The notes: generated by a model from the letters alone, not told the origin. A DNA stretch of 20,477 nt from an uncultured Methanosarcinales archaeon (GCA_964407035.1 CAYOTZ010000004.1:3926-24402); one strand, 5' to 3'; shown: positions 6,036-14,604, counted from the first letter of the stretch. Numbers and translations: made by a program.

Positions 6036-6300
6036 TTTCAACACCTTTGCTTGTTATTATCTCTTCTCTCGCACATTTGCTACACAGCACGCCACCGTAA
6101 GGTCTCCTGGGTGCGCGCTCTGATTTGCCTATCTTTGTCTTTAGTGTGGATTTTCTCGGTACACCAAGTAATGGCCTACCGCATTTAGCACATTTCGCTG
6201 CCTTGTGATTGCGCTTGACAAAGTGAGTCACTAAGCGTCCGCCTGGAGTTCTAATAACCTTTCTTCTGAGGCTTCTTGATTTCTGAAATCCGCGTGGCAT
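6028..6300 (-). CDS. rpl34e: Ribosomal protein eL34 (L34e)
   Basis: 'RSLRRKVIRTPGGRLVTHF' is present, with the Cys4 zinc motif 'CAKCGRPL...CSKC'. The ATG at 6300 lies 20 nt downstream of a TTTAAATA box. Confidence 0.9.
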   Translation of the reverse strand: MPRGFQKSRSLRRKVIRTPGGRLVTHFVKRNHKAAKCAKCGRPLLGVPRKSTLKTKIGKSERAPRRPYGGVLCSKCAREEIITSKGVENV

Positions 6301-6320
6301 TTTGTTTAGAGATGGGGGCT

Positions 6321-6330
6321 TATTTAAAAA
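6321..6330 (-). promoter_or_regulatory. Archaeal TATA box (minus-strand TTTTTAAATA) driving eL34-eL14
   Basis: It lies in the 36-nt gap between the DUF106 stop (6337) and the eL34 ATG (6300). The TTTAAATA octamer sits exactly 20 nt before the ATG, predicting a leaderless transcript. Confidence 0.6.
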
Positions 6331-6336
6331 GCTTAC

Positions 6337-7125
6337 TCAATATACTTTGAGAAGCTTTCTTATAATCATGCTCAGGATTAAGGAGAGTATAATATAGGTG
6401 CCAAACCAGCCAGGGTGCCATCCGAATATGCTGAGGTTGCCCAACGGCCTCAATGGCTTTAAATATACCTCTGCCTTCTTTATGTGCTCTGTATTGCAAT
6501 TAACAACACGCGGGTAATATTCGTGTTCTGACCCAGAGCTGGCAACATACACAGGTATCTCGCAGCTCTCGTTTTTGTATTCAATAACTATAGCAGGTGC
6601 TTGATAGTTGCCAGGAGAGGCATTAAGCGAGTAAAGAACAGTGCTTTCTGATTTTTTTGGATATCCCTCTAACAATGTTATCCCCTCTGGCAGTTTAATT
6701 TCAGGTTGTGTGCTTGGCACTTCTGAGAAGTCTACAGTGAGGTTAAAGGGCTCATTAGCCACTAGGGGCTGGTAAGCGAGATGCGCATTGAGCCAACCGA
6801 AAACCACAATCACAGGTATAATTGTAACGAGTGTGGAGCGCATCGAGTGTTTCATGTATTCCATGTTTTTTGACATCATCTCTTTTTGCTTCTTCATCAT
6901 CTTCTTCGGGTTGTCTTTCAGCTTCTTTAGCTCTTTCTGCATCTCTTTCAGCTCTTCTTTCAAGCTCTTCAGCAGCTTTTGGTTGGTAACAAGCTTGTAA
7001 ATCAGCGTAATTATAAGAGTAAGAATCAAGCTTATTATGAATATCGCCCAAAATGCCCCCAAGTTCAGCAAGGGTGAAAATATAGGGTCTAATAACTTTT
7101 CCAGAAATGTCGCTCTTATCATCAT
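6337..7125 (-). CDS. DUF106 / EMC3-Get1-YidC-like membrane insertase homologue (Mj0480-type) with an inserted ~105-aa extracytoplasmic domain
   Basis: It has TM1 'FWAIFIISLILTLIITLIY', a Lys/Glu/Met-rich coiled-coil hairpin 'KSLKEELKEMQKELKKLKDNPKKMMKKQKEMMSKNMEYMK', TM2 'LVTIIPVIVVFGWL' and a C-terminal TM 'WFGTYIILSLILSMIIRKLL'. It also holds the conserved position after secY. Its start overlaps the secY stop (ATGATGA). Confidence 0.75.
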   Translation of the reverse strand: MMIRATFLEKLLDPIFSPLLNLGAFWAIFIISLILTLIITLIYKLVTNQKLLKSLKEELKEMQKELKKLKDNPKKMMKKQKEMMSKNMEYMKHSMRSTLVTIIPVIVVFGWLNAHLAYQPLVANEPFNLTVDFSEVPSTQPEIKLPEGITLLEGYPKKSESTVLYSLNASPGNYQAPAIVIEYKNESCEIPVYVASSGSEHEYYPRVVNCNTEHIKKAEVYLKPLRPLGNLSIFGWHPGWFGTYIILSLILSMIIRKLLKVY

Positions 7126-8513
7126 CCCCTGATAAACCTCCTAAGCATTGGATTCATATCCATAAGGTGTTGTTTTGAAATCTCCTCATACAGCCTGTAA
7201 ATTATCATTACAGTAAGCAGTATACCTGTGCCTCGACTCAAAGCCCCTGTTAAATCTGCTGTGGCTGCCAAAAACCCGACTGCAAGAGCTCCCATCACTG
7301 TTAGTGGTGTTATATACCTTGCCAGTAATCTTTCCAACACGCGCCTGTCCTTTCTAAAGCCAGGCACTTGCAGCCCAGAAGCCATAATCCGTTCTGCCTG
7401 CGACTTCGGGTCCAGACCAGAGGTCCTCATCCAAAAGACAGAGAACATAACAGCCCCAGCCATCATAAAAGCCATATACGAAATCGCCCGGCCGAAATCT
7501 CCTGCTGTCAGAGTGCCCTCAATCAGCTTGCCTACTATATTTGGAGCTGAAAGATATAAAACGAAACCACTAATCGGCATACCTGAGGCAGGGTCAAATG
7601 TTCCAAGGAACGGATGGCCAGCATTCTCCATTAATCTCGCCCAGAGCTGCATATTGGCAAGCAGGGCGGCTACAAGTATGACAGGGATATTACTCGTATA
7701 CAAAAAGGATAAGGGCCAGCGAACTCCGTGCCCCCTGAGCTGTCCATACGACAGGGGTATTTCTACCTTCATCGCCTGTGCATAAACAGCAATCATAAAC
7801 ACAAATATTGTAGTAATAAGCTCGGCTGCTCGTCTTGCCGCCTCCACAGGGTCAGAGTTCCTCAATGCCTGTAGCAAAGCAGGCACAGCGCCTGGTGCGT
7901 ATTCAGAGCCAGCAAGAGCAGAACCACCAAGAGTTGTTGACCAAGAGAAAGCCCTTATTGCTATTGTCTTTGAAACTCCAGCTGCGATGAACAAACTAAC
8001 ACCAGAGCCGAAACCCCACTTGCTCACTACCTCGTCCATCAGCATTATAAAGAAACCACCGAGACAGAGCTGCAGTATCAGTATCCATGGGTTAATGCCG
8101 GGGGCTGCTCTAACCCCACCCATAGACACATAAACAAAAGACTCGAAGAGTATGAACGCTATGGTTAGCAGCTTTTGTAATGCCTGAAAGTAGCGCTTGC
8201 CTTCTGATGTATTCAGGTCCAGCTTCAGTATACCAGAACCCTGCAGGAGCTGCAAAACTATTGAAGCGGTCACTATTGGGCCTATACCGAGGCTTATCAA
8301 CGAGCCGAACTTGGCGCCGAGGATTATGGAAAGATATTCAAAATGCTGAAGCGCAGTACTCTCAAGCCCGTAAAGCGGAATCATACCGAGAACATAGAAA
8401 AGCCCCAGCACGATCAGAGTCCATTTGAGCTTCTCCTTAAAACTGAGATGCTTTTGCTTCGGAGGTTCTATCTCTGGCAGATAAGATGCCAGGTTTTCTA
8501 TGAACTTTTGCAT
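7122..8513 (-). CDS. secY: Preprotein translocase subunit SecY
   Basis: The 463-aa polytopic protein follows uL15 in the conserved position. 'GIGPIVTASIVLQLLQG' and 'FLYTSNIPVILVAAL' are typical SecY/Sec61alpha segments. Confidence 0.95.
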   Translation of the reverse strand: MQKFIENLASYLPEIEPPKQKHLSFKEKLKWTLIVLGLFYVLGMIPLYGLESTALQHFEYLSIILGAKFGSLISLGIGPIVTASIVLQLLQGSGILKLDLNTSEGKRYFQALQKLLTIAFILFESFVYVSMGGVRAAPGINPWILILQLCLGGFFIMLMDEVVSKWGFGSGVSLFIAAGVSKTIAIRAFSWSTTLGGSALAGSEYAPGAVPALLQALRNSDPVEAARRAAELITTIFVFMIAVYAQAMKVEIPLSYGQLRGHGVRWPLSFLYTSNIPVILVAALLANMQLWARLMENAGHPFLGTFDPASGMPISGFVLYLSAPNIVGKLIEGTLTAGDFGRAISYMAFMMAGAVMFSVFWMRTSGLDPKSQAERIMASGLQVPGFRKDRRVLERLLARYITPLTVMGALAVGFLAATADLTGALSRGTGILLTVMIIYRLYEEISKQHLMDMNPMLRRFIRG

Positions 8514-8515
8514 TT

Positions 8516-8980
8516 TTAATCCTGAATTGAGTATGCCTGCCCTGCCTCAACTGATAATTTGAGCTTGCCGCCTGCTTGTTCTATCTTCTGTATTGCAGTA
8601 CGGCTTGCATAGTTAACTATTACATTGTAAGCTGTGCTGGGTTTGCCCTTGCCGAGCAGCTTGTCATAGCCCATCGCCTTTAAATCAACCTCTGGTAGCC
8701 CTTTTGTCTTGTTTTTTTTCAATATCTCTGGCAATCGCTGCTCTATCCATTCTATATTAACGACCCTAAGCTGAACACTGTTCTTGCGTTTAAAACCGCG
8801 TTTGCCAAAGTACTGCGAGTTCTTCCATATAGAGGGTTTCTTGGAATCAGCTCTTTTGCCGGTGCCTGCCATTCCGTAACCGCCCCTATGACCAGAGCCA
8901 CGGTGTTTCTTTTTTGCACCGTAGCCGTGTGTCTTACTTCCTCGCATTCTCTTTGCCTTTTTACTTTTGTGCAATCTCAT
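8516..8980 (-). CDS. rpl15: Ribosomal protein uL15
   Basis: 'MRLHKSKKAKRMRGSKTHGYGAKKKHRGSGHRGG' is present. The ATG at 8980 is preferred over the listed 9031 because it lies 1 nt after the uL30 stop and gives the usual N-terminus. Confidence 0.9.
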   Translation of the reverse strand: MRLHKSKKAKRMRGSKTHGYGAKKKHRGSGHRGGYGMAGTGKRADSKKPSIWKNSQYFGKRGFKRKNSVQLRVVNIEWIEQRLPEILKKNKTKGLPEVDLKAMGYDKLLGKGKPSTAYNVIVNYASRTAIQKIEQAGGKLKLSVEAGQAYSIQD

Positions 8981-8981
8981 T

Positions 8982-9440
8982 TTAAAGCATCTTTGTGATA
9001 AGCTCTTTAATCCTGTCTTTTCTGTCGCCAAGAGCGCCGCCTGTAGCGTACGGTTTCTTTATGCCCTTGCGTTCAAAACCGCCTATCGGAGGGTGCAACC
9101 TTATGTAGGGCTTGTACTTTTTTCCGCCTACGTTAATCACACGCCTAAACTGGTAGTTGCTCTTGGAGTCAGTTAACCTACCCTTGTAAAGCTCGCCCCT
9201 CTTATCTAATACTTCTTTTAAAAAATCCTCTGTTATTATACCGTAAGTCACATAATCCTTTACCTCTTTCAGCTGCCCTTCCATGTCCGCTTTGTTATCA
9301 AACACCGCCATGCAGAGCTTCTTTCTCAACCCTAATCTATCCAGTATTTGCTTCACCTTGCTACTCGCGTTTATTGCACTTCTTATCCTAATTGCTACAA
9401 GGTAGTCCTTAGCTTTTTTTTCTGTTGCAATTTTCTTCAT
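8982..9440 (-). CDS. rpl30: Ribosomal protein uL30 (L7e type)
   Basis: 'LVAIRIRSAINASSKVKQILDRLGLRK' is present, and the gene holds the conserved position between uS5 and uL15. Confidence 0.9.
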   Translation of the reverse strand: MKKIATEKKAKDYLVAIRIRSAINASSKVKQILDRLGLRKKLCMAVFDNKADMEGQLKEVKDYVTYGIITEDFLKEVLDKRGELYKGRLTDSKSNYQFRRVINVGGKKYKPYIRLHPPIGGFERKGIKKPYATGGALGDRKDRIKELITKML

Positions 9441-9446
9441 TTTGAT

Positions 9447-10250
9447 TTATTTGGCTAACTCGCCTTCAACAATACTAAGCTGTTGTTTCACATGAGCAGG
9501 CACTCTCTGCCTAACAAGTTTTGAAAGTGCATCAAAGCATGCTTTTATCAGATTAGATTTTGTCTTGGTAGAGCCAAAGCTATTTGACCATATATCTCTT
9601 ATACCTGCAAGCGCCAGAAGTTTTTGGCATTCCTTCTCTATAACCAAGCCAGTCCCCTTAGGTGCTGGTATGAGCTCAACAACAACAGAGCCACATTTGC
9701 CCACAACCTTGAACGGAATAGAGTGGGGCGTGCCGCAGCCACACTCCCACGAGCCGCAGCCGCGCAGGACCTTTATTATATTGAGTTTAGCGTTTCTTAT
9801 TGCCTTGTTCCTGCTCGGGACCGTCTCCTTGCTGCTTGCCCAGCCAAGACCAACATAACCGTTTCTGTTACCAACAGCAGCCATAGTTGAGAATCTGGGC
9901 ACATTGCCCTCTGCCGTCTTCTTCTGTGTCTGTTTGAAAATCCTGCGCTGGCCACCACCAAACTTTCCTTTTGCTTGTCCAATAAGCATAAGTGCAACTT
10001 CAAGATTAGGCAACAGCATATCAACAATCTCAGGCTCAAGAATCTTCTTGCCACTGTTTATTACTTCACTAATGCTGGTAATCTCCCTGTTCTTCACTGC
10101 ACTACCAAGTGCCGTCTTCGGCTGCCAATTGCTTAGTTCTTCGCTCAACTCAAGCTTCTCTACCACCTCTTCTGTCTTTTCTTCTGGCAATTCGACCAGT
10201 GTTTCTTCCTCGCTTGTTTCCTTTGTCTCTTCCTTATTTTCCTTTTTCAT
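9447..10250 (-). CDS. rps5: Ribosomal protein uS5 with a ~40-aa acidic N-terminal extension
   Basis: 'VGNRNGYVGLGWASSKE' and 'RGCGSWECGCGTPHSIPF' are present. The N-terminus is 'MKKENKEETKETSEEETLVELPEEKTEEVVEKLELSEE'. There is no alternative in-frame Met before the conserved core. Confidence 0.93.
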   Translation of the reverse strand: MKKENKEETKETSEEETLVELPEEKTEEVVEKLELSEELSNWQPKTALGSAVKNREITSISEVINSGKKILEPEIVDMLLPNLEVALMLIGQAKGKFGGGQRRIFKQTQKKTAEGNVPRFSTMAAVGNRNGYVGLGWASSKETVPSRNKAIRNAKLNIIKVLRGCGSWECGCGTPHSIPFKVVGKCGSVVVELIPAPKGTGLVIEKECQKLLALAGIRDIWSNSFGSTKTKSNLIKACFDALSKLVRQRVPAHVKQQLSIVEGELAK

Positions 10251-10803
10251 TTTTCATAATTCTTTGCTTTATTTTTTCAAAATCAGCCAAAAGCGAGCTA
10301 GCTTTTTTGAACCTACTGAACTGGTATTTGCTGGCAAAGTTGCCCTGCTTCAAATAGCTCTCTATGTGTTGGCCCTTCAATCGCTCTTCGTTAGGGAACA
10401 TTGATTCGCCTACAGCTATGTTCAAACCTGCATCAAACGCGCCTTTGACAACAGCAAACAAGCGTGAGCCCTTGACCGCAGGGTGAAACCCGAAATCAGC
10501 AATCACTTGCTTAACCCTGTGCTTTAAAGCGAGTTTTGCTATCACAACGCCAGTGAGATAAGCTGCAGGTATGTTTTTACAAGAGTATTTCCAGCCGAAC
10601 TCTCTTAGCTTTACTGAGTTAAAGTCAACTATCACCCTGTCCCCTGTTGGTTGATACTCAACCACCTGCGTTATGATGTGCCTTGAGAATATTCGCACAA
10701 CCAACCTTGGCTTTCTGCTTTTGAGCAGCTTTAACCTCTTGTAGTAGTTTGTCTTGTGTTCACGCTTCCTTCTGTATTCAACCTTAAGTGTTTTTCCTAG
10801 CAT
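10234..10803 (-). CDS. rpl18: Ribosomal protein uL18
   Basis: 'YRRKREHKTNYYKRLKLLKSRKPRLVVR' is present. The gene overlaps eL19 by 20 nt and uS5 by 17 nt. Confidence 0.93.
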   Translation of the reverse strand: MLGKTLKVEYRRKREHKTNYYKRLKLLKSRKPRLVVRIFSRHIITQVVEYQPTGDRVIVDFNSVKLREFGWKYSCKNIPAAYLTGVVIAKLALKHRVKQVIADFGFHPAVKGSRLFAVVKGAFDAGLNIAVGESMFPNEERLKGQHIESYLKQGNFASKYQFSRFKKASSLLADFEKIKQRIMKNEKGK

Positions 10804-11248
10804 TTTCTATGTTGTGCTTCTCTTTGAGATAGTATTTCAAATGATTCACGCTTCTGAAAAAACCGCCCTTTGCCTTCCTGTAAAGCTCTCTGTATAGCTT
10901 TGTTTCCAAAACACCCTTGGACTTCAATAGAGATAACAGGCTTCTCTGCGCTCTAATCCTCCTCATCCAAGATTCCTTTCTGGGCAACCTGGCTGTTTTC
11001 TTGCCCTTTCTCGAGCCGTGACCACGCCTCCTGCCCTTGCGCTTCTGTTCCTGTAGCTTTCTTGCCCTCGCCCTTGAGGTGCCTCTCTTTGGCAGCACCT
11101 GGATCACATTGGCATTCACAAGTTCCCTAATGTCTTGTTTGGTTATCGCTTCCTTTATGTCCTCAAGATGCTCAGGACTGAAGTAAACTCGCTTAGCCGA
11201 ACATTTCAACAAGCTTGCTGCAATCCTTTTCTGAGTTTTCAGGTTCAT
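10784..11248 (-). CDS. rpl19e: Ribosomal protein eL19 (L19e)
   Basis: 'LKTQKRIAASLLKCSAKRVYF' and 'GRRRGHGSRKGKKTAR' are present. Confidence 0.93.
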   Translation of the reverse strand: MNLKTQKRIAASLLKCSAKRVYFSPEHLEDIKEAITKQDIRELVNANVIQVLPKRGTSRARARKLQEQKRKGRRRGHGSRKGKKTARLPRKESWMRRIRAQRSLLSLLKSKGVLETKLYRELYRKAKGGFFRSVNHLKYYLKEKHNIENARKNT

Positions 11249-11249
11249 T

Positions 11250-11828
11250 TTACTTCGGTTTTGTCAGCACCTTATCCTTTTCAAGCTTCTCCTGCTTCTT
11301 CTTGTCTTCCTCGCTCATCTCCTCTTTTTCAAGCTTTCCTTCTATGCTTTCCTTCTTCTTTGGCTTTTCTTTTGGCTTTTCCTTGGCTTTTTGTTTCTTT
11401 TCCTGCCGCTTCTTCTTCAAACTCTCTCTCTGCTGTTTTAAATACTCTTGCGGGTTTTTTATATTAACTATTTTCACACCGAGTTTCAATGCCTCCTCAA
11501 TAATAGCCAGTCGCTTTTTCAAACCAAGCCCTGAGTGAAGCACTGCTGCTTGACTTTTTGGATGTAATGCGCACAATTCTGCTGTGTTATGAACTATTAC
11601 CTGTTCAAATCCGTCTTTTGTCAAGCACCTGACAGCTCTGGGTCCGCGATAGCCGACACTCGGGTAGTTACCATGCCCTTTTTTCTTGCGTCTGAGTTTC
11701 GATTGCGAGCCCTTTGGAGCACGCCATTTCAGCTCTAGCCGCTTTTTCAAACCGTAATTCTGCCTCTTAAACAAGGGTCTCTTTCTGTTCAAAAAATCCT
11801 TTATCTTCAGCAGTGTTTCTTTGTTCAT
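11250..11828 (-). CDS. rpl32e: Ribosomal protein eL32 (L32e) with a ~65-aa Lys/Glu-rich C-terminal tail
   Basis: 'WRAPKGSQSKLRRKKKGH' and 'VGYRGPRAVR' are present. The tail is 'KKKRQEKKQKAKEKPKEKPKKKESIEGKLEKEEMSEEDKKKQEKLEKDK'. Confidence 0.9.
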   Translation of the reverse strand: MNKETLLKIKDFLNRKRPLFKRQNYGLKKRLELKWRAPKGSQSKLRRKKKGHGNYPSVGYRGPRAVRCLTKDGFEQVIVHNTAELCALHPKSQAAVLHSGLGLKKRLAIIEEALKLGVKIVNIKNPQEYLKQQRESLKKKRQEKKQKAKEKPKEKPKKKESIEGKLEKEEMSEEDKKKQEKLEKDKVLTKPK

Positions 11829-12379
11829 TTTACTGGCTTGCCATCCTTTTCAATTATATAAATTCCGTCTTGGAATATCCTCTTATCATAATCTGTCCTG
11901 CGCAGCAACAACTCTATGTCTGCTGCTGTTTGTCCAACCTTTTCTTTATCAACACCGCTCACAGTGATAATATCGCCCGCAATTTCAATCTTTACTTCAG
12001 GATGCTTCAGTTTGAGTATTCTTGGAAATTTCTCACCGAGGTAATTGTTGACAACGAACTCGTTGCCCTTGAGCTGCACATTCATTGGGAAGTGAGTTGA
12101 GCAAATCTTGAGCTTGTATGTTATGCCCTGGGTTACGCCTTTTATCATGTTCTTTAAATGTGCAACCAGAGTGCCCACAAGTTTCTTCTCGCGCTGGGTG
12201 ACTTTTTTTACCCTGAACCTAACACCTACTGGTTCCTTGCTTATTTCAACTAGTGGAGCTTTGAAAACCCTGCTAAGCTCTCCCTTTTCGCCCTTTACTT
12301 TTATAACATCAGCTCGTGCCTCTATTTCAACTCCCTCTGGAAGGGTTACAAGCACTGAATTGTTCTCATCGAATCTCAT
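11825..12379 (-). CDS. rpl6: Ribosomal protein uL6
   Basis: 'VKGEKGELSRVF' is present and the protein has the two-domain uL6 length. The gene holds the conserved position between uS8 and eL32. Confidence 0.93.
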   Translation of the reverse strand: MRFDENNSVLVTLPEGVEIEARADVIKVKGEKGELSRVFKAPLVEISKEPVGVRFRVKKVTQREKKLVGTLVAHLKNMIKGVTQGITYKLKICSTHFPMNVQLKGNEFVVNNYLGEKFPRILKLKHPEVKIEIAGDIITVSGVDKEKVGQTAADIELLLRRTDYDKRIFQDGIYIIEKDGKPVK

Positions 12380-12385
12380 CTTAGC

Positions 12386-12778
12386 TCAGTAGCAATATGC
12401 TATCAACCTGCCGCCCAAGCCCTTCTCCTTTGCCTCGTCATGAGTCATAATACCCTTTGTTGTCGTGACAATAAGTAAGCCAAAGCCCTTTGCAGGTAGG
12501 TATTGCTTCTCAAACCTTTCAAACCCATCTTTTTTAACATTGAAATTCGGTGAAATCGCACCGCATTTGTTTATCTTTCCGTTTAGCATTATGCAAAATC
12601 CGACTGCAGCTGTGTCATGCTTGACTTTAAAGTCAGCTATATAGCCATTCGCTTTCAGTATAACCAATAACCTTTCCATCTTCTTGGAGTAGGGACTAAC
12701 AGAGCATTCTGTCTTTCTAGCCTTTTCTGCATTGTATATTATACTCATCATATTGGCAAGTGTGTTGTTCAATGTCAT
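12386..12778 (-). CDS. rps8: Ribosomal protein uS8
   Basis: 'LANMMSIIYNAEKARK' and the C-terminal 'GGRLIAYCY' are present. The listed start at 12793 is TTG. The ATG at 12778 (MTLNNTLAN...) gives the usual N-terminus. Confidence 0.92.
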   Translation of the reverse strand: MTLNNTLANMMSIIYNAEKARKTECSVSPYSKKMERLLVILKANGYIADFKVKHDTAAVGFCIMLNGKINKCGAISPNFNVKKDGFERFEKQYLPAKGFGLLIVTTTKGIMTHDEAKEKGLGGRLIAYCY

Positions 12779-12789
12779 TTTGCTCTCAC

Positions 12790-13020
12790 TCAACTGAATT
12801 TCTTAAACCCAAGCTTCGGTGCAATCTCTCTAAAGCACTTCCTGCACAGGTCTATACCGTACTTTCTTATATGCCCTTTGTTGCTACCACATCTTTTGCA
12901 TTTCTTGACAGATGCGCCGAAGTTCCTTTCCTTTGGTTTGTTGTGTTTCAAATACTTCTGTAGCTTTGATGGTTTGAACTGAAGCTGCTTAAACGCCTTT
13001 TTGTAATCGCTAACAGTCAT
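12790..13020 (-). CDS. rps14: Ribosomal protein uS14 (zinc type) with an N-terminal extension
   Basis: '[34 protein letters not shown]' is present. The ATG overlaps the uL5 stop (ATGA). From memory, the 76 aa are ~20 aa longer than typical archaeal uS14. Confidence 0.9.
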   Translation of the reverse strand: MTVSDYKKAFKQLQFKPSKLQKYLKHNKPKERNFGASVKKCKRCGSNKGHIRKYGIDLCRKCFREIAPKLGFKKFS

Positions 13021-13532
13021 TCTTCACCACCAACCTTTATGCCGAATTTTGTCTTCATAAACGCGATTGCCTCTTCTTTTTTAATGTTGTGCCTCTCAGG
13101 CACCTTCCTCGGTCTAATTCTTCTCTTCTTTATCCTGAATCCTGGTCTTTCAAGAGTTATACAAACCTCCAAACCCAACATACCTATCTCTGGGGCGTAC
13201 CTCATTCCAGGAATGTTTATATACTCATCTATACCAAAAGCCACATTTCCGTGAGAATCAAAACAACTCTCGGGCAGCTCGTTGTTTCTCGCCTCGAGTA
13301 ATCTCTTCACCAATTCGTCCACATTCTTCCTGAGAGTAATCTTACACCCGAGAGGAAGCCCGGGCCTCACACCCCAATTGGGAATCCTCTTCTTTGTGAT
13401 TGTTTTAACAACCTTACCATCAGTCAGCTTCTCCAAAAGCTTTATTGCCTTTTTGAGCTTATCCTCGTCCTTACCAGTACCTATGTTCAATACAAGCTTC
13501 TCTATCCTTATATCCTTCATCGGATTGCTCAT
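13017..13532 (-). CDS. rpl5: Ribosomal protein uL5
   Basis: '[11 protein letters not shown]' and '[13 protein letters not shown]' are present. The gene holds the conserved position. Confidence 0.93.
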   Translation of the reverse strand: MSNPMKDIRIEKLVLNIGTGKDEDKLKKAIKLLEKLTDGKVVKTITKKRIPNWGVRPGLPLGCKITLRKNVDELVKRLLEARNNELPESCFDSHGNVAFGIDEYINIPGMRYAPEIGMLGLEVCITLERPGFRIKKRRIRPRKVPERHNIKKEEAIAFMKTKFGIKVGGEE

Positions 13533-14215
13533 CTTACCTTTATCTCCGGTTTGTTCTCGCCTATTACCATTACATATTTCAAAGAGGTAGCGTGTGTCAC
13601 ACCATCAAGTTCAAACATTGCAAGCTGTTTTTCCTTGATTACGAACTTACCGAGATTGCCTGCAAACCTGCCACCAATAAGGAACACAGTAGCACCCTTT
13701 TTCAAGCTCAATATCCTAAGGACCCTGTTTTCATTTAAATTCCAAAGTATAGTATCGCCTGTTTTGCATAGCTTTTTCTCAGCACGAATATTGTAACCAT
13801 TTTTTGCGTTATGCTGGAACAAGCCGCCCTTTATTTTCGTGATGTTCTTAATCTTACAAGGTAGCAGATTAGCTTCTTTCTCGTTTATCTCAATTACATT
13901 GAGTTTGCCTTGCTCATTAAGAGTTACCCTGAAAAAAAGCTTTTTGCTCGGCACAGAGATTACATCCATAAACCCAACCATTTTCTTAAAATCCTTCACG
14001 AGTTTATTGTTAACGAACACCTCGTTACTGTTCAGGATTTGCTTGGCTTCTTTGTTTGTATCGCAGTAACCAAGCAGTTTGAACACTGTAGCTATGGCTA
14101 AGCCGTAGTCCAAGCTGTGTGCACCAGACCTCGGCCTTGTAATAAACTTGGTTAACTTCCTGGGCACAGGCCAGGTTTTGGGTGCATTATGCCTCTTTAA
14201 GTGTCTTTTTACCAT
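13529..14215 (-). CDS. rps4e: Ribosomal protein eS4 (S4e)
   Basis: 'MVKRHLKRHNAPKTWPVPRK' is the typical eS4 N-terminus, so the ATG at 14215 is preferred over the listed 14263. With this start the gene overlaps uL24 by 29 nt. Confidence 0.9.
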   Translation of the reverse strand: MVKRHLKRHNAPKTWPVPRKLTKFITRPRSGAHSLDYGLAIATVFKLLGYCDTNKEAKQILNSNEVFVNNKLVKDFKKMVGFMDVISVPSKKLFFRVTLNEQGKLNVIEINEKEANLLPCKIKNITKIKGGLFQHNAKNGYNIRAEKKLCKTGDTILWNLNENRVLRILSLKKGATVFLIGGRFAGNLGKFVIKEKQLAMFELDGVTHATSLKYVMVIGENKPEIKVR

Positions 14216-14600
14216 TTTTTTTCTTACTCCTCTCAAGTGCTTGTTTTCGCATCTTGTCTTCAACTTTGAACTCTAATATCTCAACATTTGAGGGGTCAAT
14301 GAGTGGGTGTACCTTGGAGCCGTCGTTTTTTGTAATCTCCACTCCGCTGACAGTTATCTTCAATCTCTTAAGGTCAACCGATTCAACACTACCCTGCTTA
14401 CCCTTGTATTTGCCTCTTGTAATCCTTACTTTATCACCTGTCCTCACTGAAAATGAACGCCTATTGTACTTCTTCCTGAGCTGTTTGGAAAGGTGAGCTT
14501 TCAACATTCTCTTTCTAATATGTAATGGGGCGTTTAGGCGATACTTTCTCTGTTTCCTTGGTTTTTTGCTACTCTTCCAAAATCTGCTGAATAGTTTCAT
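14187..14600 (-). CDS. rpl24: Ribosomal protein uL24
   Basis: The KOW motif 'RTGDKVRITRGKYKGKQGSV' is present. The listed start at 14612 is TTG, so the ATG at 14600, just after the uL14 stop, is preferred. The C-terminus is short and basic. Confidence 0.9.
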   Translation of the reverse strand: MKLFSRFWKSSKKPRKQRKYRLNAPLHIRKRMLKAHLSKQLRKKYNRRSFSVRTGDKVRITRGKYKGKQGSVESVDLKRLKITVSGVEITKNDGSKVHPLIDPSNVEILEFKVEDKMRKQALERSKKKNGKKTLKEA

Positions 14601-14604
14601 TTTT

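Noticed and set aside
8981-9031. N-terminal extensions offered by the ORF track for uL15 (to 9031), uL29 (to 16156), eS4 (to 14263), and the TTG/GTG starts of iscU (5246), eL14 (6044), uS8 (12793), uL24 (14612) and uS17 (15310).
   Set aside because: In each case an in-frame ATG further downstream gives the family-typical N-terminus. That ATG also lies next to the upstream stop codon and/or an SD-like motif. The extensions would run through the preceding gene.
8712-14222. Homopolymer T8/A8 runs (about 8712-8719 in uL15, 9414-9421 in uL30 and 14215-14222 at the uL24/eS4 junction) considered as frameshift or slippage sites.
   Set aside because: All reading frames are intact through the runs and simply encode Lys-rich stretches. 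Neither alternative frame gives a conserved product.
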